Shown: in pieces, positions 63,401-64,000 of the stretch
Numbering within the stretch: the first letter of the stretch is position 1
Layout: every line of letters starts with the position of its first letter
Assembly: GCA_036172245.1 (NCBI GenBank)
Contig: JAYWIR010000005.1
Coordinates: 3,100,001-3,164,000 of the forward strand
Direction: 5' to 3'
DNA length: 64,000 bases
Origin: Raillietiella orientalis
Lineage: Eukaryota
Notes under the pieces: model-generated
Told to the model about the DNA's origin: nothing
Databases searched by the model: none
Seen by the model: the letters and a program-made list of their open reading frames with translations, nothing else
Translations under genes and position numbers: made by a program

Positions 63401-64000
63401 GCGAGAGTCATAGAGGTGCAGCATGTGCGGGGACGGAGTGTGGCGCCCGCCTGTCTGAGCAGTGGGTCCTCCGTGCGCAGCTTGCGCGCAGCGTTTGTGC
63501 GCGCCCTGTCAAAGAAGAGTCCCTGAGACGAACGCGTAACCATCCGTTCGCCCCGTGTGTCATTGTGCGCGTGCCTGCATGTGCTCCATGGCTGGGACCT
63601 CACTTCCTCCCTCAGCGGCCTTCCATGCCATGCATTCCCACCCGATCCTGTTTTCCTTCTTCCTTTCTTTCCGGTTTTTTGGAACGCAGGTGCCCAAGAC
63701 TGCATGGGTTAGGAATAAAAATAGCTGCAGCTCCCTCCCGTGCCGTGCCAAAAAATTGAGACTTTCGAGGGGGCCAAATTCCTCTCGCTCTCCACTCGGA
63801 AGGCTCCACGTAGCCGCGTCGTCGTCTTAGCTGTTCTCGCCTTGCTCTCCGCACAGACCAGAATGCCGCAGGCTTATTCCTCCCCCTTCCCCAACCCACC
63901 CCCCCGTGATGAGCTCAGCAGTGTCCCCTTTTGAGGTTTCTCGTCAGGCGGAGCGGTTCTAAAACGAGTGGGGACGCGCCCACCGGACGACGTCACGAAA

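Noticed and set aside
1..64000. CRISPR arrays, rRNA/tRNA genes, prokaryotic operons, intact viral genes
   Set aside because: No regularly spaced repeats, recognisable structural RNA motifs or dense coding organisation were seen.

Overview
This is eukaryotic, gene-poor DNA. I found no intact protein-coding gene, rRNA, tRNA or CRISPR array, and the ORF track is essentially short spurious or decayed frames. Reading across frameshifts, the window looks like a retrotransposon graveyard. It holds about a dozen heavily decayed DIRS-type (tyrosine-recombinase) retrotransposon remnants on both strands, with RT-RNaseH-MT-YR motifs in the expected order. It also holds a decayed L1/Tx1-type LINE (about 35.2-37.8 kb) with two further partial copies, and a fragment of an R2/NeSL-type restriction-like endonuclease. 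The one clear host-gene relic is a histone H3 pseudogene (39085-40005, minus strand), split by an antisense 5'-truncated copy of that LINE. Four mutually unrelated perfect or near-perfect 34-43 bp hairpins/palindromes, plus one imperfect one, stand out against the decayed background. All TE domain calls are by-eye motif matches to remembered consensus patterns, with approximate boundaries. My own cross-checks showed that short motif matches arise easily by chance here, so only multi-motif colinear calls get moderate confidence. I found no convincing intact novel system.
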